From Vezdaea acicularis (Eukaryota), in NCBI GenBank assembly GCA_026025075.1, contig JAPEUI010000002.1:124001-188000 (forward strand): a DNA stretch of 64,000 bases, given 5' to 3'. The position numbers and the translations under genes are program-made. Of the stretch, positions 61,177 to 64,000 are shown one piece after another. Below the pieces are notes generated by a model that made no database searches, was not told where the DNA came from, and saw nothing but the letters and a program-made list of their open reading frames with translations. Position 1 is the stretch's first letter; each line of letters starts with the position of its first letter.

Positions 61177-64000
61177 TCAGAAGTCGACGGCCTTTCGGAG
61201 GTCGTTCCATTTCTGCTTCAGGGTCTCATGGGCGCTGTTTATCTATTAATCGGTTAGTGAGATATGCGGTGGGCCGAAGGGAGGGGTTGCGTTTGCTAAC
61301 TTCAGCATATTCCATCTTGACGGCCACCATCTGCTGCTCCATCTCCGTCATCTGCTGTTCCAGCTGTTGATTTTCCTCGTGCACTTCCTGGTTCCTCTTC
61401 AAGATACGCTCCATCTCTCCCTTTAACATTTGTTCGACCTCTTCCGGCTGCTTGTCGACGACAGACCGCAGCTCAGTGACCTGTCCCTTCAGCGTCTCGT
61501 TCTCATCTTTTAGCTCCTCGTTTTCGACTTTCGTTCGAACGAGTTCAGAGGCTACCTGAACATGCTCCGTATCGTATTTCTCAGCACGCTCTTCAAGGCT
61601 GCGAATCTTGACGGAGAGGGATGTGTTGCTGGAGCGGAGTGATTCGAGCTCTGCCTCGCGTTCCCGCTCCAGGCGCATCTTTTCCTCCCACTCTAAGTTA
61701 TAGCCTTTCAACATCTCTGGCGTAATCTTCACAGCACAGGCGTCTTGCACAAGTGTGTCAGCCCGGTACACGTCTTTATCGATGCCTCCCGCTGTGCCGA
61801 AGAAGCCTGCGTCCAGAATCGAGTTTGCAGATGGTGTCGAGTCGATATAAATGTCGAAGAGTTTCTCCTTTAGGAATGTAGTAATGGCAACCATATCGGT
61901 CATTCCTAGTAGAGTCTGCGCATTCTTCTGCATGACCACTATGCCGAATTTGAGGATCGCGCCTTCGAGCCCTTCGCTCAGGATCAAGTCGTATACTCGA
62001 AGAACGAGCTGAAGAGGAAATCGATAGGCGAAGAGTGTGAGGAACCATTGCGTGGCGTAGAGTTGTGGAGTTACGCCCTTCCGGTGCAAATGGCAGTATA
62101 GGGCAGGCTCAAAGTCTTCTAGAAGACGCTCAAATTGGTATAGATGGAGATGGAGACCAGGCATGTCTTGAATAAACATATCTCGGAGGTGATAATGATT
62201 CATGAGGCGCACTAGCAGACAAAAAGCTTCTTCTACGGGCATCTAGAAAGCTTTAGCAGAAGTCGAACGGGTTTCAGGCGTCAGGAAAGCACGTACGTTA
62301 AACAGCAACGGCATTGCGAGGAAGTTTATGCCTTGCGCATAACCTACGCCTTCATCGAAAAGCGCGTACGCCTTACAGATTCCAAACAAGGAGTCCTGCA
62401 AGCCAGCACTTGCCACGTACTTGGAGTAACTCGTCCGAGCCCCAAGATCTCGTTTGATGGCTTTCTCGAGCTTTTGTAGAGATGCGGCATCGGCCTTGGC
62501 TTTTCGTTTCTTCTCGGTCGCGAGCTCAGCTTGCAATTTCGCAATTGCGATAGAATCCTTATCGTGTGAGGGGGTAGGAGATGCTACTCCGTTTGCTAGG
62601 GCAGTGGTAGGCGAATGATTGGAATGTACAGATGAGGCTGACGATTCAACGGGCTCCTTCTCCTTGCCGTTACCATTGGTGTCACCACTGACCGTGTCGA
62701 CCTTACTAGCACCTTGTGTTGCGCTTGTCGATGTGCTTGAGCCGCTCATTCGATCCGGGTCTTTGTCAGTGCCACGAATCACGAGCTCCCTGTATACGTT
62801 CTCTAACTCTTCATTCTTGCTTTGAGCAAGAACTTGCCACACTACCCCACGAATTGCGCTCGGGATGCCGCTTGCGATAGCCCTATTCAGCTCTTCTGGA
62901 CTAGTTCTAGCGACCGCGGCCGGGCCTTCATACACCACTGATTGCCACAAATCCCAGTCGACTGGAGCAGTAGGATCGGTCATCGCTGAGGGCCCGGCAG
63001 AAACTCCAGAAACCGTGCCTGGGGCTAGGTTCGGATTTACGGTCAGGGGAAGCGGACTCTTTGGTGGTACATCGCTGATAGGAGACATTGGTCCGGCCGG
63101 TCCTCCTTCCCTTTCATCCGCTAAAGATATAGGGCTACCCACTCCTAGTCCCAAGCCCGTACTTCGGCCGATGAGGCCAGCGAGCGCAGACCCGTTCGGC
63201 GGTCCGCTATCTTCACCATTTAAGTTGGAGATGCCCATCTCCTCTCTCATTCTGAGCACTTTGAATCGATCACGTAGACTATTCCTGCCGGGCCTTTCAG
63301 AGGGCCCTGACCCGTCTGATTCATGCCCATCCTCAATCCTGCTAAGCATCATTTCAGGATTACTACCGACCGTAGCTAGCGACGAAGTTGTACCTCGTCG
63401 GCTTTGTTGATGGGTGGGTGCTGCAGGCAAAGGAGGCGAAGGGACCTCCTTCGGCGCGGAATTTGGGTTTCTTGAGAGCCAGGAGAATGGACTCGACAGC
63501 TTACGAGATGGAGGCGCGGGCACTGGAAGAGATGTAGAGGTTGGTGCAGGAGCAGCAGCAGATGCAGTGGCGCTCCATGGTAAAGAGCCCAAAGAACCAG
63601 AGAACATCTTAGGCTTTCTGCTAGTAACTGTGGATTCCTTGAGTGGAAGCTGTGGAGGGGCCGACGGTGTTTGGATCGAGGTTTTTGAAGTCAGCGTAGA
63701 CGACCGTGATCTCGAACCGTTAGTCGCACTCGATTCTTCAAGGTTGACATCGTCGAGAGAGGCAGTAGACATTCGATGTGACGTTAATAAAGGTGATTTG
63801 GGAGGTGGTTGGTCTTCACCATGCCCTTCACTTGGTGGCATATTCTCAACTCGATCTGGAAGGGGTGGCGGGGTGGTCAGAATACTGTTTGTAGCAGTCG
63901 TGGAGGATGAGGAAGGACTTCTGTTCGTTAGGGATCTCGAGGGAGGCGAAGATGACGCAGGTGGGCTTCGAGCCCGAGACGTAGAGTCAGGAGCATCTTC
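61177..64000 (-). CDS. GYP5: TBC-domain Rab GTPase-activating protein (Gyp5-like); 5' end lies beyond the window
   Basis: Frame is open to position 64000. GIPSAIRGVVW, IKRDLGART (Arg finger), GYAQG, YATQWFLTLF, C-terminal coiled coil. Introns 62243..62296 and 61243..61300; last exon INSAHETLKQKWNDLRKAVDF*. Confidence 0.88.

Overview
Eukaryotic DNA from a filamentous ascomycete (Pezizomycotina-type short GT-AG introns with CTRAY branch points; finer taxonomy cannot be set from this window). About 20 mostly spliced genes were reconstructed by hand. Housekeeping genes: SNU66/SART-1 (3'-truncated), PTH2, DPH3, CTF8, RPS6, PRPP synthetase, RCM1/NSUN5, PTC6-like PP2C, KAP104, DRS1, the ~13-kb TOM1 HECT ligase and a GYP5-like Rab-GAP (5'-truncated). 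Other genes: a divergent SDR + Zn-polyol-dehydrogenase pair, a DUF2293 protein, an LCAT-like hydrolase, a Upc2-like Zn2Cys6 factor, a small secreted orphan, a 4-exon orphan with faint HNH-like motifs, and a hypothetical gene preceded by many splice signals. No rRNA, intact tRNA, CRISPR array or recognisable transposon was found. Most unusual observations: (1) mirror-image C-rich to G-rich strand-skew switches in two convergent genes at 20.3-22.6 kb; (2) between them, a diverged copy of the hydrolase's catalytic C-terminus carrying a 46-nt poly-G; (3) an 11.3-kb gene-free, GC/CpG-rich region upstream of the Zn2Cys6 gene, with 8 co-oriented TCGAGG motifs, G4-type tracts and a tRNA-like Pol III B-box relic; (4) an in-frame upstream ATG separated from the hydrolase ORF by a single TAG. 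All product calls come from recognised motifs, not database searches.
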